Positions 10,723 to 22,197 of a stretch of DNA of 64,000 nt are shown here, piece after piece; positions within the stretch are counted from its first letter, which is position 1; each line of letters begins with the position of its first letter. Location of the stretch: positions 2,966-66,965 of IMG/VR virus record IMGVR_UViG_3300031215_000012. The stretch is one strand, 5' to 3'. Source of the DNA: a virus. The notes under the pieces were generated by a model. The model was not told the origin of the DNA. It did not search any database and saw only the letters and a program-made list of their open reading frames with translations. The translations under genes were made by a program, and so were the position numbers.

Positions 10723-12192
10723 TCACTTTTTATTTTTTACAATATTAGAACTTGCTGGCATTGGCCATTCCCTTCTAATTAGGTTAACTGTTTGTGAAAA
10801 CCCAGAACCTCTGTTCCAATGAATAGCATAATCACGAATTACATAAAAACCACTAACAAAACTATTTGCTACATAATTTTCTGGTCTTTCGTACATATCA
10901 CCATCTTGCTCTGCTGTTGTTCCTCTTTCTTTATCTCCATTCTTCAAAGCAGCATTGTTTAATAGGTTACCATCTCTTTCGTAAATAGCAACTGGAATTC
11001 TTTTATATTTTGAAACACTACTCGATATATCTTGTAATGTTACAGTTAACCCCATCTTATTTAATTCTTCGTTGTTTTGATAATTCAAAATTTTAGAATA
11101 ATTATAATTTGGGTGTAAGTTACCCTCGTTCAATGTACTAAATTGCCTACCTTGATAAATATACTTATTTTGCATTTCATAAGTTTCATCTCCAGCTTTA
11201 CCTTTTAAGATAATCATATTTGATTCAGTTCCTTCTGTTGTTAATGGATCAATAAAGAATGATGTGAATTCATATAAATCCATATTCATTACTTGACTGT
11301 ACCTTTTATAACCATTCGTCATCCATATTTCACCTGCTTTGTTAAACAAATTATAATCTTTGATGAAATTAGTTGTATTGTCATAGTTTGGGTGATTAGA
11401 TAATAAAATTTTTGGATTTTCAGAAGTAGTACCTTCACTTTCATTACTTTTATCTTGTGTTATTGCAGAAATTAAATCAGCAATTCCATCTTCTAATGAT
11501 TCATCTGTTGAAAATAATGTATTAACATTAACAAGTGTTAAGTAATAATATAAATCAACAAATGTAGTATAAAAACTTTTATCATCTTTATAGATAGTTT
11601 CAGAAGTCTTATTAATGAAATCTTTTATTGTGTTGTTTGGATTGAATCTGGGCATAGTATCATCCGTAGATGTTTCATTTGTCGCAAAACCTAATTGAAC
11701 CTCATCACAGACCGCTAAAAGGTGATTGTACGAGGTGTCAGATGGATATGATAATTGTTGTTCACTAAACAAGTTAGGAACTTTCATTATTCCAGATAAT
11801 TTATAAACTGATTTACCTTTAGAAGTAAACCCTCTAATTGTAAGAATGTCAAAATTAACTCTGATTTTCTTTTTAGCGTTGTTATTTCTACTACGAATGT
11901 ATAATTCAATTAAATCTCCATCTTTAGGGAAATCATTTTGAAATTGTTTAGTAATATCTTCGAATGTTAAATCAATAGTAGGTATAAATCCAGCAGTATT
12001 CACTGTGAATTTTATAATTGATTTTGCATCAAGTTCATATCCATTAATTTTCATATATGGTGAGCTATTACCCATATATTTGGATTTGTCTGCAACCGAT
12101 TGATTTTCGTTTTCGTAATTACTTGTTTCGATTTGTTCTAAGACAACTGACGGTTCTTTGACCGTTAATATTTCCGCTTTGTTTGATGCCAT
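10723..12192 (-). CDS. baseplate hub protein (gp27/contractile hub-like)
   Basis: C-terminal SGFYVI...F.QTVNLIRRE motif; synteny with gp5 and gp53. Confidence 0.55.
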   Translation of the reverse strand: MASNKAEILTVKEPSVVLEQIETSNYENENQSVADKSKYMGNSSPYMKINGYELDAKSIIKFTVNTAGFIPTIDLTFEDITKQFQNDFPKDGDLIELYIRSRNNNAKKKIRVNFDILTIRGFTSKGKSVYKLSGIMKVPNLFSEQQLSYPSDTSYNHLLAVCDEVQLGFATNETSTDDTMPRFNPNNTIKDFINKTSETIYKDDKSFYTTFVDLYYYLTLVNVNTLFSTDESLEDGIADLISAITQDKSNESEGTTSENPKILLSNHPNYDNTTNFIKDYNLFNKAGEIWMTNGYKRYSQVMNMDLYEFTSFFIDPLTTEGTESNMIILKGKAGDETYEMQNKYIYQGRQFSTLNEGNLHPNYNYSKILNYQNNEELNKMGLTVTLQDISSSVSKYKRIPVAIYERDGNLLNNAALKNGDKERGTTAEQDGDMYERPENYVANSFVSGFYVIRDYAIHWNRGSGFSQTVNLIRREWPMPASSNIVKNKK

Positions 12193-12695
12193 TATACACT
12201 AATACTGTTAGTTTCTTTATTTACCTCAATATTAGATTCACCTGGTTTCAACTCATTTGGTTTAATGTTTACTTTAGAACCGTTTTTAATACTAGCACTA
12301 ATTTTAGCAAGAGTTTCTAATCTTGATTTATCAACTTTACTTTTCTTAGTAGAATCAATATATTTCTGTTTAGCTTCTTTTGATTCTTTATTTGGATTTT
12401 TATAGAATTTCTTTGCACCATTTAATTCTGGAATAACTAACACATCGCTAGTTCTAACTTGTAAAGGGTCACTAAGTTCATTACATTTCATTATAATATC
12501 AACATATTCATCTGACCCATAAACAGCAAGTGAAATTAAATCAACTCTCCTATCATATTCTGCAGTAACTTTAATTACTTTCATAACTAAAAAGTTTTCA
12601 CTATTATAGTCTGGTATATAGGTTGGTTCACAAAAATCCACTATTTCTGTTGTGTTGTCTTTACTAATCTTTATCTTTGCGTTTAGTGTGTCCAT
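12192..12695 (-). CDS. baseplate wedge protein gp53-like (LysM-like)
   Basis: RVDLISLAVYGSDEY.DII.K.N..SDPL...VLVIP. Confidence 0.75.
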   Translation of the reverse strand: MDTLNAKIKISKDNTTEIVDFCEPTYIPDYNSENFLVMKVIKVTAEYDRRVDLISLAVYGSDEYVDIIMKCNELSDPLQVRTSDVLVIPELNGAKKFYKNPNKESKEAKQKYIDSTKKSKVDKSRLETLAKISASIKNGSKVNIKPNELKPGESNIEVNKETNSISV

Positions 12696-12719
12696 AAAGT
12701 ATTTAATGTAACTAAGATA

Positions 12720-14288
12720 TTATGCAGTTGCTACGGCTGCTTGTGCAGATTGATACCTACCTTTTGCATACGCCACAGATGCATTTGCATTGTCAACGGA
12801 ATCGTTTACTATTTTTGCTGGTGGTGTTAACTTTGAGGTTCCAGAACCGTTTAAATCTTTATTTCTATAATATGATTTACTTTTGAAATCTACATCACTT
12901 CCGTAGAATCTACTTCCACCAAAGTTAAACATTCTTTGTAATCCATATTTATCTCTTGGCATTGCATGTTTTAATTTAATTTCAAGTAAAACATAACTTG
13001 GTACATCATCTGCAGTAAATGGTCCTTCCATTCCCCATGAAGCATCGTCCATAATTAAATTTCCATACATCATTGTTGGGTTAAAAGGATTTCCTACTGT
13101 TAAATGCCATTCTCCTGTTGGATTTGCTGTTAATAGTGAATGTAAAGAAAACATTTCAGGTCTTCCTAATTTATCTAAACTACCACCTAACATACTTGCA
13201 CCAACATTACCTGCTATTGTTTTTATTCCTTCGAAAATACCACCTTCAAAGGCACCCGAAAGTTTATCAGTAATATCTCCTATAAATGATTTTAAGAATC
13301 CACTAACATCACCATTAGCAAGTGCTTTTGAATCACCTAATGGACCTGAAAATCCTCCACCCCCTGTGAATCTTGTTGCTCCTCCCCAAAATGGTGCTTT
13401 GTTAGTAACCATGTTCATCATGTTACCTAAAATATCCAAGAATGCTACTTTTGTAGAAATTCCATCGTATGAACGAACGGCATATCTAAATTTAAGTGTT
13501 ATATCTTGGTCAAATTTAATTCCTTTATCTCTTGTCCAAATTTTATCAACCACATCAATTGGACCCCAAACATAATTGTTTTGGTGTGTAGAATATGGAT
13601 TAAAATCCGTTGCTGCTTTACCTTGTAATTTTTCTTTTGCAAATGACCCACTTGAATCAGCATTTCCTAAGAAATCTAATCCTCCCCATCCAGTTTTCGA
13701 TTTGTCCATAGTTTGAATTTCACTTTGAAATTCTTTCCAAGCAAACCCGGTACTAAATGAAAATATAGATTCGAATGTATTATTTTCACCATCAATATAT
13801 GATAATAAACGAGATACGTCTCTATTTGGATTATCTAAGTTATTAAGTAAATTATCATTACTTGGTTGTGGAAATCTTCTTAATGTAAGTAAGTGATTAT
13901 TAGGAACTTTACCATATTGGTCAACAAATAGGAAATCTCCCCATTTATATTGCATAGCGTGTTCAACTTCTTGTTCATTAAAAGCTGATGTTATTTGACT
14001 ACCGGTTGGATTTTTATATCCTGTTGGGTTTTCCTCATTATAATATCTACTTGGTGTGTTTAAATATGAACCTTCTTCGTGTCCAGATCCTTGTTTTAAA
14101 AAATCATTGTAGTGTAAAACTGATAATGAATGTAACATTGATTGCTTTCCCTCTAAAGGGTCTGCTTTATTACTAGTCTTACCATTTTTATCATATTTGT
14201 TACCTTCAGGAAGAGAAACAGTTCTACCTTTTATAGTATTATCAGTATAATTTGTAGAATTGTTGTTTGGATTTTCACTAAAGCTCAT
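12720..14288 (-). CDS. baseplate/tail tube cap-like structural protein
   Basis: 522 aa in tail operon with late-type TTAAATA upstream; gp48/gp54-like C-terminal segment. Confidence 0.4.
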   Translation of the reverse strand: MSFSENPNNNSTNYTDNTIKGRTVSLPEGNKYDKNGKTSNKADPLEGKQSMLHSLSVLHYNDFLKQGSGHEEGSYLNTPSRYYNEENPTGYKNPTGSQITSAFNEQEVEHAMQYKWGDFLFVDQYGKVPNNHLLTLRRFPQPSNDNLLNNLDNPNRDVSRLLSYIDGENNTFESIFSFSTGFAWKEFQSEIQTMDKSKTGWGGLDFLGNADSSGSFAKEKLQGKAATDFNPYSTHQNNYVWGPIDVVDKIWTRDKGIKFDQDITLKFRYAVRSYDGISTKVAFLDILGNMMNMVTNKAPFWGGATRFTGGGGFSGPLGDSKALANGDVSGFLKSFIGDITDKLSGAFEGGIFEGIKTIAGNVGASMLGGSLDKLGRPEMFSLHSLLTANPTGEWHLTVGNPFNPTMMYGNLIMDDASWGMEGPFTADDVPSYVLLEIKLKHAMPRDKYGLQRMFNFGGSRFYGSDVDFKSKSYYRNKDLNGSGTSKLTPPAKIVNDSVDNANASVAYAKGRYQSAQAAVATA

Positions 14289-14341
14289 AAGTATGAAGAT
14301 TTATATTATTTAATCTATCTCATTTTGATAGATATTAATAA

Positions 14342-15166
14342 TTATTCTCTACTTTCTCTCTCTCTCCAAAGGTCACGTTTGACAAAATATTGAACATGTT
14401 TTTGACGACTCTTACTAAATTCCTTTCTTCTAGCAGGTCTGTTAAGAATATAGTCATCGAAAAAGTCATACATTGCTTGTTTAGTTTTGGTATAGTGTTC
14501 GTAATCCGGTCCCATATCTTCAATGATTTTTAAAATCATTGGTTTGAAATCTTGAATAAATTGTTGTGTAGTTTTGACATATATTTTACTGGCGCTTTGT
14601 CTAAGATGTTTAGATAAAACTATATCATGTAGTTGTTTAAGATACTTACATGTTGCCATGAAATTCATTTTACTAAGATATGTCATTGATTCGTAATGAC
14701 TATCAAAGATAAATGCTTCATTTACCCAGAATAAAAATTTGTCTGATTGATTTTTAAAGAATATTTTGTATTTTCCGTAACTGAAATCTTTGTTTTCGAT
14801 TTGTTCAACTAATTCGGAATCTACAAACGAGAACATCTTTACACCTTCGTTTAACACTGACTTTTGAATGTCATGTGACTTGATTGCTGTTTTGAACCAA
14901 TTATTGTGAAAGAAATCTTTAAGTAATTCTCTTTTTTCGAATGCATTAGTAATCCTTACAACATAATCTAATGTGTGATCTGCATTTACCTTGTGTCTTA
15001 ATATTTCACCTGCAAATGCTTTAATTGTGTCTGAATTGTTGTATGAAAATAATAAAAAGTAAACTTTGTCACCTTTTTTGTAAACCTTTTCTCTTAGAAT
15101 ATCTGCTGAATAGATTCCTTGTTTACTTGGTTTATATTTTTGATCTCCACTATCTGATTTAAGCAT
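14342..15166 (-). CDS. hypothetical protein
   Basis: 274-aa ORF with phage-like codon usage; start uncertain. Confidence 0.5.
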   Translation of the reverse strand: MLKSDSGDQKYKPSKQGIYSADILREKVYKKGDKVYFLLFSYNNSDTIKAFAGEILRHKVNADHTLDYVVRITNAFEKRELLKDFFHNNWFKTAIKSHDIQKSVLNEGVKMFSFVDSELVEQIENKDFSYGKYKIFFKNQSDKFLFWVNEAFIFDSHYESMTYLSKMNFMATCKYLKQLHDIVLSKHLRQSASKIYVKTTQQFIQDFKPMILKIIEDMGPDYEHYTKTKQAMYDFFDDYILNRPARRKEFSKSRQKHVQYFVKRDLWRERESRE

Positions 15167-15528
15167 TCTGTGTCTAATGGTTTAGGTTCATCTAAGTTGC
15201 ATATTTGAATATCTAATGCAACTTCTAATTTATCTGTGTAATTTTCAATAGTACCAATAAAGTTTTCTAAAATTACATTATCCAAAGTATCTGTGTAATA
15301 AAAAATACTATGATACTTTGGATTATGTAAATTTGATATTGAATCGAATAATTTATTGAATAATTCACACTCCAGAACACTATTACTCTTAGATTCTCCG
15401 AAAAGAATATATTTTTCTTGTTGATTCAATAAATCAACATAAGATACAGATAGACTTCCAGGTTTCTTTTTAATAAAGTCCTTAAAAGTTGTGTGTTCCT
15501 TTGTGTGTATTATAAAAAAATTGTTCAT
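15094..15528 (-). CDS. hypothetical protein
   Basis: 144-aa ORF, coupled to neighbours. Confidence 0.5.
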   Translation of the reverse strand: MNNFFIIHTKEHTTFKDFIKKKPGSLSVSYVDLLNQQEKYILFGESKSNSVLECELFNKLFDSISNLHNPKYHSIFYYTDTLDNVILENFIGTIENYTDKLEVALDIQICNLDEPKPLDTECLNQIVEIKNINQVNKESIQQIF

Positions 15529-15779
15529 TATAAATCTTCTGGTGTAAATTCATCTTCGTTTTCAACTAATTCATTATCAAGTACTGCTGTTTCTGTATCA
15601 TGTACAGTTACACCATTATTTTCTAATAATTCTTTTTGTAAAGCTTCATTTTGTTCTTTACCCATGTTTGCAATAGAAGTTTTCACTTCTAAATATTCGG
15701 CTTTACTCATTAAACCTTTTTCCCATTCTCTTTTGGCATTGTTTACAAACATTCGCCTTTGTTGTCTTGTTGTGTTCAT
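15528..15779 (-). CDS. hypothetical protein
   Basis: 83-aa ORF, basic N-terminus and acidic tail. Confidence 0.5.
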   Translation of the reverse strand: MNTTRQQRRMFVNNAKREWEKGLMSKAEYLEVKTSIANMGKEQNEALQKELLENNGVTVHDTETAVLDNELVENEDEFTPEDL

Positions 15780-15790
15780 ATTTATTTGTT

Positions 15791-16366
15791 TTAATCTACG
15801 TTATTTACTTCTGTTAATTCTTCGGTCTCTAATATTGGTTGAGGGAATTTATGTAATAAATATTGCTCAATGCACCCTGTAATTACATCTTCTGTCAATT
15901 GTTGACGTACATAATCTTTTAGTGATTCAAATAGTTCATCACCATATAATTCTAAAAGCATTTTTATTTTTTTTTCTGAAATAAAATCGAAATCTATTTC
16001 AATGTTCAATTGCATTTTAGAATCTCTGTTTGCTTTGTCTAAAATATCAAACCCAAATGTATTTGTTGGTTTAGGTGTTTGAATAACCTCTGGTGTTAAA
16101 TGTGCAGATTGATTAAATTCGGGTGGAATTTCTTTACTTTCTTCTTTTTTTGATAAATGTTTAATAACATCTTCGGCTTGTGCAACTCCAATCAAAATCA
16201 TCATTTCGTTGATTACATGACCATTAATTCTTCCACCACCTTCAAAATTGACCCAAACAAATTCACCTTGAACATCAACATCTTTAATTATTTCTTGGGT
16301 TCCTTCCTTTTCACCTTTGATCCATTCAAGAATCATCAAAGGTACTAGTTCATCAGGTTTCATCAT
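15791..16366 (-). CDS. hypothetical protein
   Basis: 191-aa ORF. Confidence 0.5.
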   Translation of the reverse strand: MMKPDELVPLMILEWIKGEKEGTQEIIKDVDVQGEFVWVNFEGGGRINGHVINEMMILIGVAQAEDVIKHLSKKEESKEIPPEFNQSAHLTPEVIQTPKPTNTFGFDILDKANRDSKMQLNIEIDFDFISEKKIKMLLELYGDELFESLKDYVRQQLTEDVITGCIEQYLLHKFPQPILETEELTEVNNVD

Positions 16367-16455
16367 GTTACTATAAATTTAAATGTATATTAATTAAATG
16401 ATAAAAATATAAGAAATATTTTACTTATCATTATATAATATATAATAGTACTAAA

Positions 16456-17049
16456 TTAATAGTTATTTGATATGTAGTCGTTTATATCTACCATAAAATT
16501 ATCTTTCACTTGTTGTGTAAATGAACCAATAACTTCAATCGTTTCAAGATACCATTTAGCACTTTTCCAATCACCAGAAATTAAAGCCTGTTTCATATCT
16601 TTAGTTTTATAATCAATTTCAAATACTTCTTGTTCAGTTTTAGTACCTGATGATATATCATAAACTAATGATGCTCTTTTCAATCTATAATAGTTTGTAC
16701 CATCAATAATCTTTTGGTTATAACTATCGTCTATTCTTTCTAATGTTTCATTAGGGAAATTCATTTTTTCTAATCTAATCTTATTTGAATAATCTAAATT
16801 TAAAAATTTATCATTTCCTAATTCGTCACTTTCTATAATTGTAATTAATTTACTAATTACAGGTCCTCCTTTTACTATTTCACCATTCAATTCGATGGTT
16901 AATGTGTTATTTTTAACTAAATCAAATAAAGTAGTAAAATTATCTTCTTGTAAACAAGATATATTAACTAAATCTATTTTTTCATTATTAAAATCTTGGG
17001 TATCTATTGTTGTAACCCCTGGTTCTGTTTTATAAATCGTATAGTTCAT
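16456..17049 (-). CDS. tail-fibre-associated protein (possible assembly chaperone)
   Basis: Directly downstream of the collagen fibre gene. Confidence 0.4.
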   Translation of the reverse strand: MNYTIYKTEPGVTTIDTQDFNNEKIDLVNISCLQEDNFTTLFDLVKNNTLTIELNGEIVKGGPVISKLITIIESDELGNDKFLNLDYSNKIRLEKMNFPNETLERIDDSYNQKIIDGTNYYRLKRASLVYDISSGTKTEQEVFEIDYKTKDMKQALISGDWKSAKWYLETIEVIGSFTQQVKDNFMVDINDYISNNY

Positions 17050-17069
17050 AATTATAATTTATTATTTTA

Positions 17070-20000
17070 TTATTTTATTACTTTTACAGTAAAGGTAGAT
17101 GATGCTGCAATACTTATATATGATGTTACTCTATTAACAACTGTTACTGTATTATTAGATGCACAATATGCTATTGCATTATATTCAGACCCTGCAACAT
17201 CTAAATTACTACAAACATCTTCATCTGGTTGTACTATACAGAAATCTCCAACTACTGCTCCTGTTACAGTAACAGAATAAGCATAATCCGTGTTTCCAGA
17301 CCAAGAAACTTCTACAATTGTTTTGTCAGCAGATAATATTGTTGATCCACCAGATCCTGTAGCACCTTGTGGTCCTGTAGCGCCTTGTGGTCCTGTAGCA
17401 CCAACACCTAAATCAGTTCTATATTTTATTTCACCTGAAATTGCATCAATTACAGCAACTCTTGTATCACCTGTTGCACCTGCAACAGCTCCTTGTGTGA
17501 AGTATTTACCAGTAACTATCATATTAACATTATATGTTGCACCATATACATTTACGTATGGTATTCCATCAGCGGCAACATTTAAGTCTAATGTAAGTAT
17601 TTCTTCAAATGCACTACCATCTAATCTAGCAGAAACAAGACTAGTACTATTATCATACATATTAATTGAATTAATTTCTTGTGATGAACTATTTGTTCTT
17701 CTCAATTCAATTAATGGGTCTGCAATTGATAAATATCCAGACAATAAAGTATTGTTTGTAGGATCTGTGAAATACTTTCGTAATAGTACAGTACCAGGTG
17801 ATAATTGAACATCTGCAACTGTTGTTGCGGTTGTTCCACCTGTATCATGATATAATGATTTCATTGATAATGTTGCCCCTGACCCTGATAGTTCAGTACC
17901 AAAATTTATTGCCGGTTTTGACTGTAAATTAAATGCATTTGGTGATAATAGAAGGTTACTTAAAGTATTATCATCAATATAGTTTTCTAACTCAATTATA
18001 GAATTAGAAACTTGTATTTTTCTATAAGAATCATCAGAAATAGTAGTATTTGTCCATCTAGCATCATTTGTTGAATTAAACCATTCTGCTGTATTAGAAC
18101 TATCTTCATTTACTATTCTACTTCTATTATATGCAAAATTCCATAGTTGAATCACAGAACCAACTTTAGATTCACCTCTGTTGATGAAATATCCATTTCC
18201 ACCAGACCCTCCTATTTCATATCCTGATTTAAAAAATCCGTCTATTCCTGTTGCTCCACCTAAAAAATGAACATCGTTCACTCCAGTTACTCCATAATCT
18301 TGAACAACTATTTTAGAAATTCCAGAATCTTGAGAGGCACTAACATCTGCAACTTCTTGTAAATTTTGATTCCCTGATGCACCTATTTCACCTTGTGGTC
18401 CTGTTGCACCTTGTGGTCCTGTTGCACCTTGTGGTCCTGCAACGGTTGAATCTGCTCCTGTTACACCTTGTACTCCTTGAATACCTTGTGCTCCTGTTAC
18501 ACCTTGTGCTCCTGTTGGACCTTGTGCTCCTGTTGGACCTGTTACACCTTGAACACCTTGTACTCCTTGAATACCTTGTGCTCCTGTTACACCTTGTGCT
18601 CCTGTTGGACCTGTTACACCTTGTGCTCCTGTTACACCTTGAACACCTTGAATACCTTGTGCTCCTGTTGGACCTGTTACACCTTGTACTCCTTGAACAC
18701 CTTGTGCTCCTGTTACACCTTGTACTCCTTGAACACCTTGTGCTCCTGTTGGACCTGTTGCTCCTTTATCTCCTGTTAATCCAGTTGCCCCAATAGGCCC
18801 TTGTATATTTGAATCTGCTCCTGTTGCTCCTGTTGCCCCATCAGTTCCTGTTGGACCTGTTGCCCCTGTTGCCCCTGTTGCCCCTGTTGGACCTGTTGGA
18901 CCTGTTGCCCCTCTTTGTGCAATGGCAATTGGTGTTCCAAATTTTGCTGGAGTACCTGTACTATCATAAGAACATCTAAATGTTACGTTTGAAATATCAT
19001 CTGATATTGCATTAACTTCTATATAAATTCTATCACTATCAATAATATCAACATCGTTACCAATAATAATTTGAGCAGTTATTGTTTGTATAACTGTTGT
19101 ACTTGTAATGGTTATACTATCAGTATTTGCAACCGGTGTTTTTAATCCTGTTGCACCTAATATTCCAATTTCAACATTAAAAACTGCTCTATCATTGTTT
19201 ATATTAATTTTACCATATAATGTAACATCAATTACACCAGAAGGTAAAACTGTAAGGTTTAATTCTCCAAAATCAAAAACATTTGCCCATTCACCTACAA
19301 ATACTGGACTTGTTCCACTATTTGCAACTACATCAATTTCTGTTGCAACTCCAGATGTTGGGTAATCTCTATCTATATCTTCAAATCCAGTTGCACCAAC
19401 GACAGTTGTAGATTTTAAATAATTTAAACTTAATGCTGCAATCGGACCTGTTGCTCCTGTTGGACCTGTTGTCCCTGTTGGACCTGTAATACTTATACCA
19501 ATTGGTCCTTGTAATCCTGTTGCTCCTGTTGCTCCATCTGTTCCTGCTTGTCCAACTGGTCCTTGTGGTCCTTGTTGTCCTGTTGCTCCTGTTAATCCTG
19601 GCAATCCCTCAGCCCCTGTTGGTCCTGTTGGTCCCACTGGTCCTCCAGATGGTCCTGTAACACCAGATTCTCCTGTTGCTCCTGTAATCCCTGTTGCTCC
19701 AGATTCTCCTGTTGCTCCTGTAATCCCTGTTGCTCCTGTTTCTCCTGGGATAGTAGTTCCCATAATAATCCAATTATTGGCTGCTGATGTAGTTGCTGCT
19801 GAAGATTCATAAACCGGTGGTTTAATTGCAATAATTCCAGAATATTTAGTATAAGAAAGAACTTCTGAAATTTGATATTCAGAAGGATTTGAGGCTTTTG
19901 CGATATGGATATAAGAACCAACAACAAATGCTGTTGCATACCCATCTATTACCACATTTGGTCTTAAAGTAAAAGTAATATTACCTGTATTCTTTAGTGC

Positions 20001-20600
20001 AAATGCTGATGTGCTTGTTCCATATAAACCTTCTCCATCTCCTGTTGCCCCTTGTACACCTTGCACACCTTGTAACCCTTGTGGACCTGTTGCCCCTGTT
20101 GGTCCCACTACTGATGAATCTGCACCAGTAGCACCTGTAACACCAAATCCTGTTGCACCTGTAGCACCGATTGGTCCCGGAACAGTAGACGCTGGTCCTG
20201 AATTTCCTGTATCACCTTTTACTCCTGTTGGTCCTGTTATCCCTTGAATACCTTGAATACCTTGAATACCTTGAATACCTTGAATACCTTGAATACCTTG
20301 AATACCTGTTGGTCCTTGAATACCTGTTGGTCCTGTTGGGCCTTGAATTCCGGGTACACTTGAACCACCAGCTCCAATTTTTGTCCATTGGTTTGCATCA
20401 AAAGTTAATGATTGAACATCATTTTTTGCTTTATAGAAATATAGTCCGGCAGTTGCACCAAAACTTGTATCATTATACAATACAACCATATCTTGTTTGT
20501 ATTCATAATTCGCTCTCCATTCTTCTGCATATCTAAAGTTATCATCTAATTGATTGTGATTTAGTGGTGAATTTTGTTCTCCTCTATAATTTATGCTCAT
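17070..20600 (-). CDS. collagen-like (Gly-X-Y) fibre protein
   Basis: Several GATG/GPTG/GxQ triple-helix blocks separated by globular domains; N-terminal RG..NSPL.H.QLDDNF anchor motif. Confidence 0.85.
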   Translation of the reverse strand: MSINYRGEQNSPLNHNQLDDNFRYAEEWRANYEYKQDMVVLYNDTSFGATAGLYFYKAKNDVQSLTFDANQWTKIGAGGSSVPGIQGPTGPTGIQGPTGIQGIQGIQGIQGIQGIQGIQGITGPTGVKGDTGNSGPASTVPGPIGATGATGFGVTGATGADSSVVGPTGATGPQGLQGVQGVQGATGDGEGLYGTSTSAFALKNTGNITFTLRPNVVIDGYATAFVVGSYIHIAKASNPSEYQISEVLSYTKYSGIIAIKPPVYESSAATTSAANNWIIMGTTIPGETGATGITGATGESGATGITGATGESGVTGPSGGPVGPTGPTGAEGLPGLTGATGQQGPQGPVGQAGTDGATGATGLQGPIGISITGPTGTTGPTGATGPIAALSLNYLKSTTVVGATGFEDIDRDYPTSGVATEIDVVANSGTSPVFVGEWANVFDFGELNLTVLPSGVIDVTLYGKININNDRAVFNVEIGILGATGLKTPVANTDSITITSTTVIQTITAQIIIGNDVDIIDSDRIYIEVNAISDDISNVTFRCSYDSTGTPAKFGTPIAIAQRGATGPTGPTGATGATGATGPTGTDGATGATGADSNIQGPIGATGLTGDKGATGPTGAQGVQGVQGVTGAQGVQGVQGVTGPTGAQGIQGVQGVTGAQGVTGPTGAQGVTGAQGIQGVQGVQGVTGPTGAQGPTGAQGVTGAQGIQGVQGVTGADSTVAGPQGATGPQGATGPQGEIGASGNQNLQEVADVSASQDSGISKIVVQDYGVTGVNDVHFLGGATGIDGFFKSGYEIGGSGGNGYFINRGESKVGSVIQLWNFAYNRSRIVNEDSSNTAEWFNSTNDARWTNTTISDDSYRKIQVSNSIIELENYIDDNTLSNLLLSPNAFNLQSKPAINFGTELSGSGATLSMKSLYHDTGGTTATTVADVQLSPGTVLLRKYFTDPTNNTLLSGYLSIADPLIELRRTNSSSQEINSINMYDNSTSLVSARLDGSAFEEILTLDLNVAADGIPYVNVYGATYNVNMIVTGKYFTQGAVAGATGDTRVAVIDAISGEIKYRTDLGVGATGPQGATGPQGATGSGGSTILSADKTIVEVSWSGNTDYAYSVTVTGAVVGDFCIVQPDEDVCSNLDVAGSEYNAIAYCASNNTVTVVNRVTSYISIAASSTFTVKVIK
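18391..18910. repeat. 9-bp-unit mosaic tandem repeats in the collagen region
   Basis: Recurring cctgttaca/ccttgtgct/cctgttgga units. Confidence 0.85.
20242..20304. repeat. perfect 9-bp tandem repeat (ccttgaata x7) encoding GIQ x7
   Basis: Counted directly in sequence. Confidence 0.9.
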
Positions 20601-20700
20601 TTTGGTTATTTATTTTTATACTTAAAAGTATATCCTTTGGATTTTTTTATTTTAGCGTTAAGACAAAATCCAATTGACGTTGTATTAATATTTAATTGTA

Positions 20701-21228
20701 TCAAAAATCGTTTTCGATTGAATCTTTTATTCTTGGAATGTTATCCACATAATTTGGGTCAACATAACAAGCGTCAACATACGAACTAAGTCTTGTGTTC
20801 GCTAAATCAATATTTCTTTCTAAATTTGATATTAGAGATTCCTTCAAGTACTCTTTGTATTTACTTTTATCAAATTCATAAAAATCATTTCTACTATAAT
20901 CGAAATTAGTTTTGTTTCTAATCTTTGGATTTTTACTTGTAATGTTATAGTAAAAAAATTCAGATGCATAGTTAACTACTGTGTTTTCGAACTTAATATT
21001 TTCAATAAAACAATAATCCCCAACCGCACAATATCGAGTTGGTCTGAAATCGTCCAGATTTACTTTATTTTGTTGGTAAAATTCATCTAATGTTTTGTAA
21101 CTTTTAAAGTATGATCCATTACGTTGTTTTTTAACCATTTTAAGGTTAATATTTTTTGCAATAAATCCATCGGTTTCTAAACCTTTAAGGAAATTGTAGA
21201 TATTCTCTACTAATGTTATATCTAGCAC
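20701..21228 (-). CDS. hypothetical protein
   Basis: 175-aa ORF (GTG start). Confidence 0.45.
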   Translation of the reverse strand: MLDITLVENIYNFLKGLETDGFIAKNINLKMVKKQRNGSYFKSYKTLDEFYQQNKVNLDDFRPTRYCAVGDYCFIENIKFENTVVNYASEFFYYNITSKNPKIRNKTNFDYSRNDFYEFDKSKYKEYLKESLISNLERNIDLANTRLSSYVDACYVDPNYVDNIPRIKDSIENDF

Positions 21229-21258
21229 ACGATTTCTTTTTTATTATTTAATCAAACG

Positions 21259-21290
21259 AAAAAACCCTATCAAATTAATGATAGGGTTTA
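21259..21290 (-). terminator. rho-independent terminator (family shared with 26551 and 58816)
   Basis: aaaaccctatca-loop-tgatagggtttt with U-tract on minus strand. Confidence 0.8.
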
Positions 21291-21313
21291 ATTGTGCATA
21301 CAAGGTGTGTAAT

Positions 21314-21520
21314 TTATTCTATTTGTTGTAAAAATAATATTTCTAATTCATTATGAGATTCTTCGTCTAACATTATATATGCGGATTCCTCAGATTTTAC
21401 CAACCAAGTATTTTTATCATTACCTTCAACATCTTTTTCATTTATTCTAAGAAATTCTTGTTCATCGTGAAACAATGTATATCTTGTTAAATGTTCTACT
21501 TTTTTTATTATCATAACCAA
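21314..21520 (-). CDS. hypothetical protein
   Basis: Small ORF ending just before terminator. Confidence 0.45.
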   Translation of the reverse strand: MVMIIKKVEHLTRYTLFHDEQEFLRINEKDVEGNDKNTWLVKSEESAYIMLDEESHNELEILFLQQIE

Positions 21521-22197
21521 TTTAGTTTTTGTTTAAGTTCTCTAATTTTTTTTATATCTAATTTATAAGAATTGTTTAATATATTTTGTTTGTGTCTATT
21601 TCCAGATATATTAGAATCGTGGAAAATATAAATATATAATTCTGGTTCAAATTGAGTTTTGTAATTATAATCTGATATTAATGTCAGCAAAACTGGAGTA
21701 TCTTCTCCTTTATTAAGGTTTTTATATCTTGGCATAATTTCCCTTTTTACAAATAGAGAACCTTCCCATCCTTCTAATCTTTCGTAAGATAATTTTATTT
21801 CTTGATATTTATCTGAAAATATAATTAAACTTCTTAATGCAGTTGCTTCGAGATCATATTCAAGACAATAGTTAAGTTGACTTTCAATTCTATTTTCTGC
21901 AAAATAATCATCGTCATCCCAAATACAAATCCAATCCCCTGTTGCGTTCATAATAGCATAGTTTCTAATCGCACCCAAATACATACCGTCATCTTCTATA
22001 AACTTAAAGATTTTAATATTATTTTCGTCTAATCTTTCTTTTTGTGCTTTTAAATACTTTTCTGTGTGAGTATCTGTATTATAATAAACAATGATTAGTT
22101 CTTTGTTTTCGTGTGTTTGTGCAATAAAGTAATTAATACATTTAACTAAATGTTCTACTCTATTCTTAGTTATTGTAATACATGATATTTTATTCAT
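21511..22197 (-). CDS. glycosyltransferase family 2
   Basis: ISCI.IT.NR, GAIRN.AI, WDDDD, GEDT motifs. Confidence 0.85.
   Translation of the reverse strand: MNKISCITITKNRVEHLVKCINYFIAQTHENKELIIVYYNTDTHTEKYLKAQKERLDENNIKIFKFIEDDGMYLGAIRNYAIMNATGDWICIWDDDDYFAENRIESQLNYCLEYDLEATALRSLIIFSDKYQEIKLSYERLEGWEGSLFVKREIMPRYKNLNKGEDTPVLLTLISDYNYKTQFEPELYIYIFHDSNISGNRHKQNILNNSYKLDIKKIRELKQKLNWL

Noticed and set aside
17290-20536. Plus-strand and alternative-frame ORFs with LLLHL/TLCSC/LEY repeats
   Set aside because: Shadow ORFs of the collagen repeats.
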